From an uncultured Flavobacteriaceae bacterium (lineage in GTDB: Bacteria > Bacteroidota > Bacteroidia > Flavobacteriales > Flavobacteriaceae), in the NCBI GenBank assembly GCA_963703125.1, contig OY969790.1:2575832-2639831 (forward strand): a DNA stretch of 64,000 nt. Reading direction: 5' to 3'. Positions 39,089 through 48,039 of the stretch are shown here, piece after piece. Every line of letters begins with the position of its first letter. Positions within the stretch are counted from its first letter, which is position 1. The notes under the pieces were generated by a model. That model searched no databases. It saw only the letters and a program-made list of their open reading frames with translations, and was not told the DNA's origin. Made by a program: the position numbers and the translations under genes.

Positions 39089-40699
39089 TTACAATGACAA
39101 TCCCCGTCGCCAAGGAATAAAGTCATTTTGATCTAACAGTCTGGCTTTTGTTTTAATTTTGCCACTGGCCACATCAATAATGAAGTCAAGCATTTCGTCG
39201 GCCATTTCTTCTATGCTTTTTTCCCCTCTAAGAACTGCACCCGTCTCAATATCTATAATATCTGGCATTCTTTCCGCAAGCTCCGTATTGGAAGATACTT
39301 TGATAATCGGGGCGATAGGGTTGCCCGTTGGGGTTCCTAGACCCGTTGTGAAAAGTACGACGTTTGCTCCGGAACCCACCATGGCAGTGGTACTTTCAAC
39401 ATCATTTCCGGGGGTGCAAAGCAAATTCAAGCCCGGTTGTGTGATATATTCACCATAATCCAGGACGTCCTGGATCGGAGAAGTGCCTCCCTTTTTGGCG
39501 GCACCGGCAGATTTCATGGCATCTGTAATTAGTCCATCTTTTATATTTCCAGGGGAGGGATTCATATCAAAGCCGGAACCTGCCTCCACGGCCGATTTTT
39601 CATAGGCTTTCATTAATTTTAAGAACTTTTTACCCTTTTCTTCGTCAACACATCTATTGACCAATTCCTGTTCCACACCGCAAAGCTCGGGAAATTCGGA
39701 TAAGATGGCCGTTCCCCCCAACGCAGCCAATAGATCTGAAACACCGCCCAAGGTTGGATTGGCCGATATTCCTGAAAATCCGTCCGATCCCCCACATTCC
39801 AATCCCACCCGCAACTTGGATAAGGGTGCCGGTTTTCTTTCTGCATTGTTGGCCTTTTTGATAGCTTCAAAGGATTGCTTTATGATAGCCGAAAGCATGT
39901 CATCAACAGTCCCTAACTGCTGTTGCTCAAAGATCAAAACAGGTTTATTGGAAGTAGGATTGATAGCCTTAAGGGCATCTTCAAATACACTTACCTGTAA
40001 GTTCTGACAACCGAGACTCAGAACCGTAGCACCCGCAACGTTTGGATTGTTAACATAACCGGCCAATAATTTGGCCAAACTTTCTGAATCTTGTCGCATG
40101 CCTCCACAACCCCAAGGATGGGTAATGAATTTCACTTCTATATTTTCAAAAACATTACTCGATTTAGAATCAACCTCAATTTCTTCTGCGCCATTATTGA
40201 TTAACGATCTAAGCAATCGCTGGTGCGAACTTGTCTTTTGAATCAAGAGTTCCTTCTCAAAGACTTCTTTTAAAATTTCTATGTTTCTATTCTCGCAAAA
40301 TACCAATGGAAAAAAGAGCCATACATTTTCGGTACCTACTTGCCCGTCTTCCCTATGATATCCTAAAAAGGTCTTGTCCTGCCATTTATCAACATTGGGA
40401 GCCGTCCAGCCAATCGTTTCTGTTTTACCCAAAACTTTTTCGCTTTGGTGTTTTACATTTTCAGTGGTCAAAATGTCCCCTTTCGCTATAAGACTATTTG
40501 CAGACCCAACAAGAACCCCGTACATGATAATTCGATCTCCCGGTTCAAACCTCCTTAGGGCGATCTTATGTTTTGATTTGGTATAGGAAAGAATACGTAT
40601 TTCTTGTCCTTCAAAAGAAACTACATCCCCGGCATTAAGGTTTACCAATGCTACCGCCACATTATCCGAAGGATGGACTTTTAAAATTTTTTTTTGCAT
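39089..40699 (-). CDS. uxaA: Altronate dehydratase
   Basis: 536 aa. The N-terminal SAF-like region reads KVHPSDNVAVAL, and the rest is a UxaA-family body. It is adjacent to uxaB. Confidence 0.9.
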   Translation of the reverse strand: MQKKILKVHPSDNVAVALVNLNAGDVVSFEGQEIRILSYTKSKHKIALRRFEPGDRIIMYGVLVGSANSLIAKGDILTTENVKHQSEKVLGKTETIGWTAPNVDKWQDKTFLGYHREDGQVGTENVWLFFPLVFCENRNIEILKEVFEKELLIQKTSSHQRLLRSLINNGAEEIEVDSKSSNVFENIEVKFITHPWGCGGMRQDSESLAKLLAGYVNNPNVAGATVLSLGCQNLQVSVFEDALKAINPTSNKPVLIFEQQQLGTVDDMLSAIIKQSFEAIKKANNAERKPAPLSKLRVGLECGGSDGFSGISANPTLGGVSDLLAALGGTAILSEFPELCGVEQELVNRCVDEEKGKKFLKLMKAYEKSAVEAGSGFDMNPSPGNIKDGLITDAMKSAGAAKKGGTSPIQDVLDYGEYITQPGLNLLCTPGNDVESTTAMVGSGANVVLFTTGLGTPTGNPIAPIIKVSSNTELAERMPDIIDIETGAVLRGEKSIEEMADEMLDFIIDVASGKIKTKARLLDQNDFIPWRRGLSL

Positions 40700-40722
40700 T
40701 CTGTATATGGCTAATATAAAAC

Positions 40723-42168
40723 TTAGAATCTTTGGCTATAATTTGCGAATCCCGCTTCAATGCCATTGGCATCAATTTCGGATAAAGCCAAAGCTACCGC
40801 TTCCGCTAAATTATCAATTATAGATAAATCTTCTCCCCAATATTCGACTATTCCAAGTACTTTTTTTGCAATGAGAAGATAATCGTTCAACTTCCAAATT
40901 TCCGTAAAGTTCGTTACAATTTCCTCGCTATCGTTCACAGGCAGCGTTTGCTCCTTCCATGTTCCTTTATAAAATCGGATCAATGCCGCAAAGGCAAAAG
41001 TTAGGTTGGTTGGCACTTTTTTATGAAGTTTCATATATTCCAGCAAACTAGGTAATACCCTTACCTTAAACTTTGAGATTGAGTTTAATGCAATACTGGC
41101 TAGGTTATGAATTATAAACGGATTTCTGAAACGGTCGAAGACTTCATCAGCGAAACTATTTAACTCGGTCTTGTCCATATCCAATGTATCAATAATCTCA
41201 TGGAATACTGCGTCTTGTATAAAAGAACCTGTGAACGGATCGTCAACGGATTCCTTGACCGTCTTATTTCCAAAGAGAAGGGAAAAAGGAACCATGGCCG
41301 TATGGGCCCCATTCAAAATCTGCACTTTTCGCATCCGATAGGGTTGCATATCGGATACGATTTTCACATCTAGATTTGTTTTGCCGAACGGTAGTTTTGC
41401 CTTTAATTTTTCATCTCCTTCAATTACCCAAAGAAAGAAGGCTTCGGCGGCAACTATTAAATCATCGTGATATGCCAACTGACTGTTGTACAATTCAATT
41501 TCGTCCTTTGGATAACCCGGAACAATCCTATCAACAAGCGTATTGTGAAAAGAATTATGCTCCAAGACCCAATTTGTAAATGCATCACCCAAGTTCCAAT
41601 TCGATATGTATTTAAGGATGATATCCTTTAAAGCATCTGAATTGTAATTGATAAGTTCACAAGGAATAATTGTCAGACCCTTGCTTGGATCACCCTTAAA
41701 ATATTTGAATCGCTCATAAAGAAGCACCGTCAACTTCGCCGGAAATGAACTGGGAGGGCACATTTCAAGGGAATCGGCTTGTACATATGCTATCCCCGCC
41801 TCCGTAGTATTGGAAATTATGAATTGTAAGGTCTCTACTTTTGCCAAGTCTAGATATTCATCGAAATTGGTGTATGGATCAACTCCTTTGACAATGTTCG
41901 TAATAAGCTCAATCTCTTGAATTGCTTCTCCTTTTTTGACGCCTTTCATAAACAAAGTGTAGAGTCCGTCCTGATCATTGAGCATTTTGACCAGACCTTT
42001 ATCTATCGGTTGAACAACTGCGATACCTCCTTTGAAATCAGCTTTTTTGTTCAATTCTTGAAAAGCATACCCTACAAAGGCCCTTAAAAAATTACCTTCG
42101 CCAAACTGCACTATTTTTATTGGAAGTTTATCTTCCGAACCCGTATTTTTCCTGTTTAATTTTTTCAT
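40723..42168 (-). CDS. uxaB: Tagaturonate reductase (altronate oxidoreductase), mannitol dehydrogenase family
   Basis: 481 aa with VQFGEGNFLRAF at the N-terminus. Confidence 0.85.
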   Translation of the reverse strand: MKKLNRKNTGSEDKLPIKIVQFGEGNFLRAFVGYAFQELNKKADFKGGIAVVQPIDKGLVKMLNDQDGLYTLFMKGVKKGEAIQEIELITNIVKGVDPYTNFDEYLDLAKVETLQFIISNTTEAGIAYVQADSLEMCPPSSFPAKLTVLLYERFKYFKGDPSKGLTIIPCELINYNSDALKDIILKYISNWNLGDAFTNWVLEHNSFHNTLVDRIVPGYPKDEIELYNSQLAYHDDLIVAAEAFFLWVIEGDEKLKAKLPFGKTNLDVKIVSDMQPYRMRKVQILNGAHTAMVPFSLLFGNKTVKESVDDPFTGSFIQDAVFHEIIDTLDMDKTELNSFADEVFDRFRNPFIIHNLASIALNSISKFKVRVLPSLLEYMKLHKKVPTNLTFAFAALIRFYKGTWKEQTLPVNDSEEIVTNFTEIWKLNDYLLIAKKVLGIVEYWGEDLSIIDNLAEAVALALSEIDANGIEAGFANYSQRF

Positions 42169-42186
42169 TGGTTCAAAAACTAATTC

Positions 42187-43482
42187 TTACAAATCGAAGA
42201 GACTTGGCAACCATAAACTCAATTGTGGAAAATAAGTCACCAAGAAAAGGGCAACTATCATGGCAACGAACAATGGCAGTAGGGGTTTAATTACTTTTTC
42301 AATAGTGGTTTTGGCAATACCCACACCAACAAAAAGTACAGAGCCCACCGGTGGGGTGCAAAGGCCTATGCATAAATTTAGAACCATTATAATCCCAAAT
42401 TGAACAGGGTCCATTCCCAATTTTGTTACTACCGGTAAAAATATAGGTGTGAATATTAGGACTGCCGGCGTCATATCCATAAAAATCCCAACAAATAACA
42501 ACAACAAATTAATGATCAACAAAATGATGATGGGATTATCACTTAGGGCCAACAATCCAGAACTGATATCCTGCGGAATATTTTCAAATGACAATGCCCA
42601 GGACATGCTCATTGAAGCAGCGATAAGAAGCATTACGATTGCTGTGGTCGCAGAGGAATCCAAGATTATTTGCGGTAATTTTCTAAGTGTTACCTCCTTG
42701 TAAATAAAACCGAGGACGAGGCTATATAACACCGCAATGGCAGATGCCTCCGTGGCGGTAAAAATCCCTCCCACGATGCCACCTATAACCACTACCAGCA
42801 TAAACAAACTTGGAATGGCATCTACAAAGGTCCGGAAGACATTTTTAAGGCTACTTCGCTTCCCAACCTTATAGCCTTTTTTCTTGGCCCAAACGGATGC
42901 CACGATCATCAAAAGAAGTCCTGTCAGAATTCCGGGTATGTATCCTGCCAAGAACAATGCAGCAATGGAAGCTCCACCACTGGCAAGGGAATAAACAATA
43001 AGCACATTGCTTGGTGGAATAACGAGGCCGGTAGTAGCCGCCGTAATATTCACTGCAGCACCAAACTCCCTTGAATACCCATCCTTTTCCATTTCAGGAC
43101 CTAAAATGCTTCCCATAGCGGATGCCGATGCCATTGCCGATCCAGCGATGGCACCCATGAGCATGGCCGATACAATATTTATTAAGGCGAGGCCGCCAGG
43201 GAAAGAACCAACTAGGGTTTTGGCAAAGGCAATTAAACGATGTGCTATGCCGCCTTTGTTCATTAATTCGCCCGAGAGCACAAAAAAAGGTATTGCCAAT
43301 AGCGCGAAACTGTCCAACCCTGTTCCTATGCGTTGCGATACCGTTGTAAAGGCAGGCATTGCTGGAATACTTACCATCATGGTGAGAAGGGCAGAAATTG
43401 CGATACTCCATGCTACGGGAGTTCCGATAGCCAATAAACCAATGAAACTTAGTACCAAAACTAGGATAGGAATATATTCCAT
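42187..43482 (-). CDS. dctM: TRAP transporter large permease
   Basis: 431 aa, polytopic, in the order P-Q-M. Confidence 0.9.
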   Translation of the reverse strand: MEYIPILVLVLSFIGLLAIGTPVAWSIAISALLTMMVSIPAMPAFTTVSQRIGTGLDSFALLAIPFFVLSGELMNKGGIAHRLIAFAKTLVGSFPGGLALINIVSAMLMGAIAGSAMASASAMGSILGPEMEKDGYSREFGAAVNITAATTGLVIPPSNVLIVYSLASGGASIAALFLAGYIPGILTGLLLMIVASVWAKKKGYKVGKRSSLKNVFRTFVDAIPSLFMLVVVIGGIVGGIFTATEASAIAVLYSLVLGFIYKEVTLRKLPQIILDSSATTAIVMLLIAASMSMSWALSFENIPQDISSGLLALSDNPIIILLIINLLLLFVGIFMDMTPAVLIFTPIFLPVVTKLGMDPVQFGIIMVLNLCIGLCTPPVGSVLFVGVGIAKTTIEKVIKPLLPLFVAMIVALFLVTYFPQLSLWLPSLFDL

Positions 43483-43487
43483 AGCGT

Positions 43488-43949
43488 TTATTTGTTTTTT
43501 ATGATATCCGAAACCTTGTAATAAATAATCAATACGCCACTAATAGGGATAACCAAATATACCAATGCCATCGGAACTTGAAGGGCAGGGGAGTACTGAT
43601 CAAGTGCATAGGTTATATAAACCAATCTTGACCCACCAATAACCATGGCGAACAGGCAAAAAAGTAAAATTAGAACGCTAACGATCAGTTTGAGCTTAAC
43701 TTGTGTCTTGGTGCTTAATCGAGATGGTAGCACATCAATTGCCACATGTAAATTTTGACCAGATACATAGGCCGCTCCAAGAATTCCGAGCCAAATCATG
43801 AGATATCGGGCAAGCTCATCGGTAAAGGAACTGGGCGTGCCTAAAAAATACCGACTAATTACTTGCCATAAAACATTTATGACCATAACGCTCATGATTA
43901 CGATCAATATTTTGGAAAGAACGTTATCTATTTTTCTTCTTAGGTTCAT
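43488..43949 (-). CDS. dctQ: TRAP transporter small permease
   Basis: 153 aa with 4 TM segments, lying between DctP and DctM. Confidence 0.85.
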   Translation of the reverse strand: MNLRRKIDNVLSKILIVIMSVMVINVLWQVISRYFLGTPSSFTDELARYLMIWLGILGAAYVSGQNLHVAIDVLPSRLSTKTQVKLKLIVSVLILLFCLFAMVIGGSRLVYITYALDQYSPALQVPMALVYLVIPISGVLIIYYKVSDIIKNK

Positions 43950-43950
43950 T

Positions 43951-44931
43951 TTAATTGGTTTCCTGTATTTCTTGAATCAATTTATAAAATTCAGTTTCTT
44001 TTTGATATTGACCATATAAACCTTTTACTTTATTTACAAATAACGATTTGTCAGGATGAATAATTTCCACTCCGGCCCCACGTACTGCTTCTAAGGCTTC
44101 CTCTTCTGATTTCATCCATAGTTTTCGTTGATATTTGATAGAATTTTTCACGGCTTTCCTAACCCATTCTTTTTCCTGATCAGAAAGTTCTTCCCATAAG
44201 TGGGTTCCAATTAATAGAACATCCGGTAGTACGGTGTGCTCATCCAATGAATAGAATTTGCAGACTTCATAATGTCGGGAAAGATAAAAACTGGGCGGGT
44301 TGTTTTCGGCCCCATCAACCACTCCTTGCTGTAATGCGGTATACAGCTCGCCCCATGAAATAGGCGTTGCCGAACCACCTAATGTATTCACCATTTCTAC
44401 TGCGGTGACACTTTCCAAAACACGAATCTTTAAGCCCGATAAGTCATCAGGGGTATTGATGGGTCTTTCTTTTGTGTAAAAACTTCTGCTGCCCGCATCA
44501 TAATAACCAAGGCCTTTTAGCCAATATTTTTCACTGTCATCCAGAAGTTTTTCACCTATGGGACCATCCAAAACCTTGAATGAATGTTCCCGGTTCCTAA
44601 ATAAAAAGGGCAGACTAAAAATTCTCATTCTGGGCGCAAAATTTTCCATGGCACCGGCAGAAACCTTGGTCATGTCCAAGCTGCCAATTTGTAGTAGTTC
44701 AATACATTCTCTCTCGGTTCCCAATTGTTGGCTAGGGTAAATTTCCAATGTGAGTTTGCCTCCGGATAATTCTTTAAGGTCTTCACCCATTTTGACCATG
44801 GCCATATGCACCGAATGGCCAACGTCAAGGCCATGGGCCAACTTTATGGTTCTTTTACCGCTTAACTCACTACAACTATTAAAACAAAATAGGACTATTA
44901 GGGAAGCAATCGGAAACAGGAATCTCGACAT
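43951..44931 (-). CDS. dctP: TRAP transporter substrate-binding protein
   Basis: 326 aa with a signal/lipobox in FNSCSE and a DctP-family body. Confidence 0.9.
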   Translation of the reverse strand: MSRFLFPIASLIVLFCFNSCSELSGKRTIKLAHGLDVGHSVHMAMVKMGEDLKELSGGKLTLEIYPSQQLGTERECIELLQIGSLDMTKVSAGAMENFAPRMRIFSLPFLFRNREHSFKVLDGPIGEKLLDDSEKYWLKGLGYYDAGSRSFYTKERPINTPDDLSGLKIRVLESVTAVEMVNTLGGSATPISWGELYTALQQGVVDGAENNPPSFYLSRHYEVCKFYSLDEHTVLPDVLLIGTHLWEELSDQEKEWVRKAVKNSIKYQRKLWMKSEEEALEAVRGAGVEIIHPDKSLFVNKVKGLYGQYQKETEFYKLIQEIQETN

Positions 44932-45239
44932 TACTTATTTATTTTGAATTTTGGAATGCTGCACCAAGAGTTTTTTAAATTTTTAGAGTCCAGTATTTTC
45001 ACCTGAAAACAGGTACAACTATGAAAGTTGTTCCTAAAGATACTAATTATGCGATAGCCTCAACAGTGCTATGTGTTATCTATAGATAAGGACATAAATT
45101 TTGTAGTGGCCAAAAGAACCGATTTTTTAAAATAAAATTCAAATACTGTTTTGAGCAGCTGCATTTTAACCGCTTTAAAAAGTTTTCTTCCAATTTAGTC
45201 CGGAGATCAACTAAAATCCAATTGAATTAAATCAAATTC

Positions 45240-46283
45240 TTATAGGGCAATTACTTTTCTCATATTATTGCTTTCCATGGCGGCCTCTATCACTTTAATG
45301 ACATTCATTCCATCAGTTCCGGTAACTGGAACGGGTTTTCCATTTCTTAGTGCATCATAAATTCCATCGTAATATTCCATATAATTTCCTGGCAAAGAAG
45401 GAATGAGCTCTCTGCTAATTTTTCCATTTTTCACCGTATGTAAAAGTCCTTTTGCGGACTCAGGTTCTACTCCCCAATCGGATGTTCCCGGTATTTTTCC
45501 GGCTTGAAGTGCCTTTTCCTGTACATCGGATTTTGATTTTATAAAAGAACCTTTGGTGCCGTGTAAAATATTTCCCGGCAATGCTTCACGCACAAAGTAA
45601 CTAGACTTTAAGATGACCCGATGGGTATCATAGAACAATTTCAAATCAAAATAGTCCACGACTTTTGAGTTTGGGCGATTTGTGGCCAAGTCGGCAAATA
45701 CGGCCTTGGGCATTCCAAAGAATACCAGTGCTTGGTCAATAAGATGGGAACCAAGGTCGTACAGACTTCCGACTCCTTCGGTTGAAGTTTCTTTGTGAAC
45801 CTTATAGCTTAAATTGGGTTCAAATCGATCGTAATGTAGTTCGGCTTCAATGATTTTTCCGATCCAACCCTCATCCAATATTTTTTTAACGGTCCTAAAG
45901 TCGCTGTCATATCTTCGATTATGATATACGGAGAGCATTACATTTTTTTCTTTGGCCAGATCAATTAATTCTTTTGCCTGGACCGTGGTTGCTGTGAAAG
46001 GCTTTTCGACAATTACATTTTTACCTGAATCAATGACTTGCTTTGTAAATTCATAATGGGTAACACTGGGTGTGTTTACCACGACCAATTCTATAGTGTC
46101 GTCCGCCAACATTTCCTCCAAGGAACGAAACGTTCTTATTTTAGGGTATTTTGACCTTGCGTTATGTTTGGTTCTTTCCCATACACCGTATAAATTAAAT
46201 TCGGGATGCAATTCAATAAAAGGGGCATGAAAAATATTTCCGCTCATCCCAAAAGAGCAAAGGGCCGTATTTATAGGTTGCAT
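45240..46283 (-). CDS. Gfo/Idh/MocA family oxidoreductase
   Basis: 347 aa with EKPF in VIVEKPFT and an N-terminal Rossmann fold. Confidence 0.9.
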   Translation of the reverse strand: MQPINTALCSFGMSGNIFHAPFIELHPEFNLYGVWERTKHNARSKYPKIRTFRSLEEMLADDTIELVVVNTPSVTHYEFTKQVIDSGKNVIVEKPFTATTVQAKELIDLAKEKNVMLSVYHNRRYDSDFRTVKKILDEGWIGKIIEAELHYDRFEPNLSYKVHKETSTEGVGSLYDLGSHLIDQALVFFGMPKAVFADLATNRPNSKVVDYFDLKLFYDTHRVILKSSYFVREALPGNILHGTKGSFIKSKSDVQEKALQAGKIPGTSDWGVEPESAKGLLHTVKNGKISRELIPSLPGNYMEYYDGIYDALRNGKPVPVTGTDGMNVIKVIEAAMESNNMRKVIAL

Positions 46284-46391
46284 AGGTTTGGTTTAAAAAA
46301 ACGATATGGAAAGTTAACCATAAAAGAGGAATTTGAATTTACTATTGCGGCATCATAAGATTTAGGGGCATTGAATTCTCCAAGACATAAC

Positions 46392-46416
46392 AAAAAACCA
46401 CCCGAAGGTGGTTTTT
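46392..46416. terminator. Bidirectional terminator-like hairpin (A6-CCACC-CGAA-GGTGG-T5)
   Basis: Perfect stem with a CGAA tetraloop. It is flanked by A and T runs. Confidence 0.5.
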
Positions 46417-46685
46417 GAAATAGAGCCGGAAGGATTACCCTGCGGTGCTCCTAAATGGCTGCCAATGCTGCAAATAAAAATACCCATCGCTATCACGATG
46501 GGCATTTAAAATCATTCAAAAACGTTCAAACAAGCTTGGCCTTTTTGAATGCCTTTAGCCGCACGGTATTTTTGAGTGTCGTGGAGCTGGAGACGGCCGA
46601 GCGTATAGAAAATGCCCGGTGGGCATTTTCAGCGAAGGAGCGAGCCGGCGCACTGGCGTTCGACTCCCGCTGGCGTAATGAACAA

Positions 46686-46707
46686 AGCCACCCGAAGGTG
46701 GCTTTTT
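46686..46707 (+). terminator. Intrinsic terminator hairpin (AGCCACC-CGAA-GGTGGCT followed by a T-run)
   Basis: Perfect 7-bp stem with the same tetraloop as 46392-46416. A T run reaches 46707. Confidence 0.55.
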
Positions 46708-46928
46708 GAGTGGAGCCGGAGGGTCTAGAACCTAGTTCTTAAAACCGTTATATATAAGGCGTTTTAAGAGTTTTAATTTTTATGCTCACCGAATAGGTGA
46801 CTTTGTCTGAATAAGAGTTATATCTACAAAGACAAATAATTGCAATACATGGTTTTTGAAAACTGTAGTAATCTAAATACCATTTAATTAAATCTATTAG
46901 CCATACTGTTGCACTACATTAAATATTG

Positions 46929-46961
46929 ATTCGTCTATACAAATCTTCCATTCGACTATAC
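46929..46961 (+). promoter_or_regulatory. Phased direct repeats ATTCGTCTATAC / ATTCGACTATAC (21-nt period); candidate LytTR-type operator
   Basis: The two repeats are 11/12 identical and lie 58-90 nt upstream of the ATG at 47019. Confidence 0.45.
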
Positions 46962-47018
46962 TTGTCTATTTTTTGAATCGAATAATTAGTAATTTGTGTT
47001 ATAGATTAATACTCAAAG

Positions 47019-47420
47019 ATGAATATACTATTAATAGAAGACGATCAAATAGAAGTAATGAAGTTGCAAAGAACAGTTTCAAAACTTGGCTTAAAGCATA
47101 CAATTGTTGAAGCTAAAAATGGTGAAGATGCCTTAGAAATTCTTCAATCTGGTCAAAAATTACCTGATATTATTCTTTTGGATTTAAATATGCCGAGAAT
47201 GAACGGAATAGAATTTTTGGATATTTTAAAAAATGACAATCAATTAAAATATTTGCCCACAATAATATTGACAACATCTGAAAATAGGGCAGACTTGCTA
47301 AAATGTTATGAGGCAGGAATTGCTGGATACGTTGTAAAGCCTTTAAAATACGAAGATTACGAATCTAAAATGAGGAAATTAATGGACTACTGGGAAGTAA
47401 ATCAACTGGTTAAAGGCTAA
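47019..47420 (+). CDS. Single-domain response regulator (CheY-like receiver)
   Basis: 133 aa with EDD at the N-terminus, the phospho-acceptor context IILLDLNMP, and VVKP. Confidence 0.9.
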   Translation: MNILLIEDDQIEVMKLQRTVSKLGLKHTIVEAKNGEDALEILQSGQKLPDIILLDLNMPRMNGIEFLDILKNDNQLKYLPTIILTTSENRADLLKCYEAGIAGYVVKPLKYEDYESKMRKLMDYWEVNQLVKG

Positions 47421-47496
47421 TAAAAAACTTCATTTCACAACATAAATTTTACAATTGTCATAATATTCCTACGTTTGTTGAATTAAAATTTAACAG

Positions 47497-48039
47497 ATGA
47501 AAGGTATTGTATTTACTGAATTTTTAGAAATGGTTGAGGGAACTTTTGGTCTTGAAACTGTTGATACCATTATTGAAAACTCAAATTTACCCTCCGAAGG
47601 TATTTATACTTCTGTAGGAACGTATGATTTCAATGAAATGGTAGCCTTAATCACTGCGCTTCATAATAAGACAAAAGTACCGGTAGATGATCTTATTTAC
47701 ACGTTCGGTCATTTTCTTTTCACCAGTCTTGCTAAGGCACATCCAGAAGTGATATCCAATTACTTATCTCCAATGAATCTCTTGTATTCTATAGAAGATC
47801 ATATTCATGTACATGTTAAAAAGTTATATCCAGATGCAGAGCTTCCAAGTTTTACCATTCTAGATAAAACGGATACATCCATATCCATGATCTATAAATC
47901 ATCCAGAGGACTTTATCGGCTGGCGCATGGTCTTATGGAGAAATGTTTTGAACAGTTCAACAAAACGGCCAAAGTTAGTTATGAACTCATAAAGCAAGAC
48001 GGCACTGAAGTTAAATTTGATATTGTCCAAAATGGATAG
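47497..48039 (+). CDS. H-NOX (heme-NO/O2-binding, HNOB) domain protein
   Basis: 180 aa with MKGIVFTEF at the N-terminus. DHIHVHVKKLYPDAELPSF aligns to the sGC-type proximal-His region. The YxSxR motif is present as YKSSR. Confidence 0.85.
   Translation: MKGIVFTEFLEMVEGTFGLETVDTIIENSNLPSEGIYTSVGTYDFNEMVALITALHNKTKVPVDDLIYTFGHFLFTSLAKAHPEVISNYLSPMNLLYSIEDHIHVHVKKLYPDAELPSFTILDKTDTSISMIYKSSRGLYRLAHGLMEKCFEQFNKTAKVSYELIKQDGTEVKFDIVQNG

Noticed and set aside
46455-46709. 84-aa ORF (MAANAANKNTHRYHDG..) in the GC-rich intergenic island
   Set aside because: It runs straight through four or five perfect hairpins and a terminator. It has no plausible ribosome-binding context and no family resemblance. 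The region is more likely RNA or a repeat structure than coding sequence.
46560-46800. Possible tRNA or tmRNA gene (T-loop-like GTTCGACTCCC, D-loop-like GGCCGAGCG, TGGAGCCGGAGGG)
   Set aside because: I could not pair any 7-bp acceptor stem. The T-stems do not close. The central hairpin has a 3-nt loop rather than an anticodon loop. No tmRNA tag ending in ALAA-stop is present on either strand. I report it only as tRNA-like fragments.
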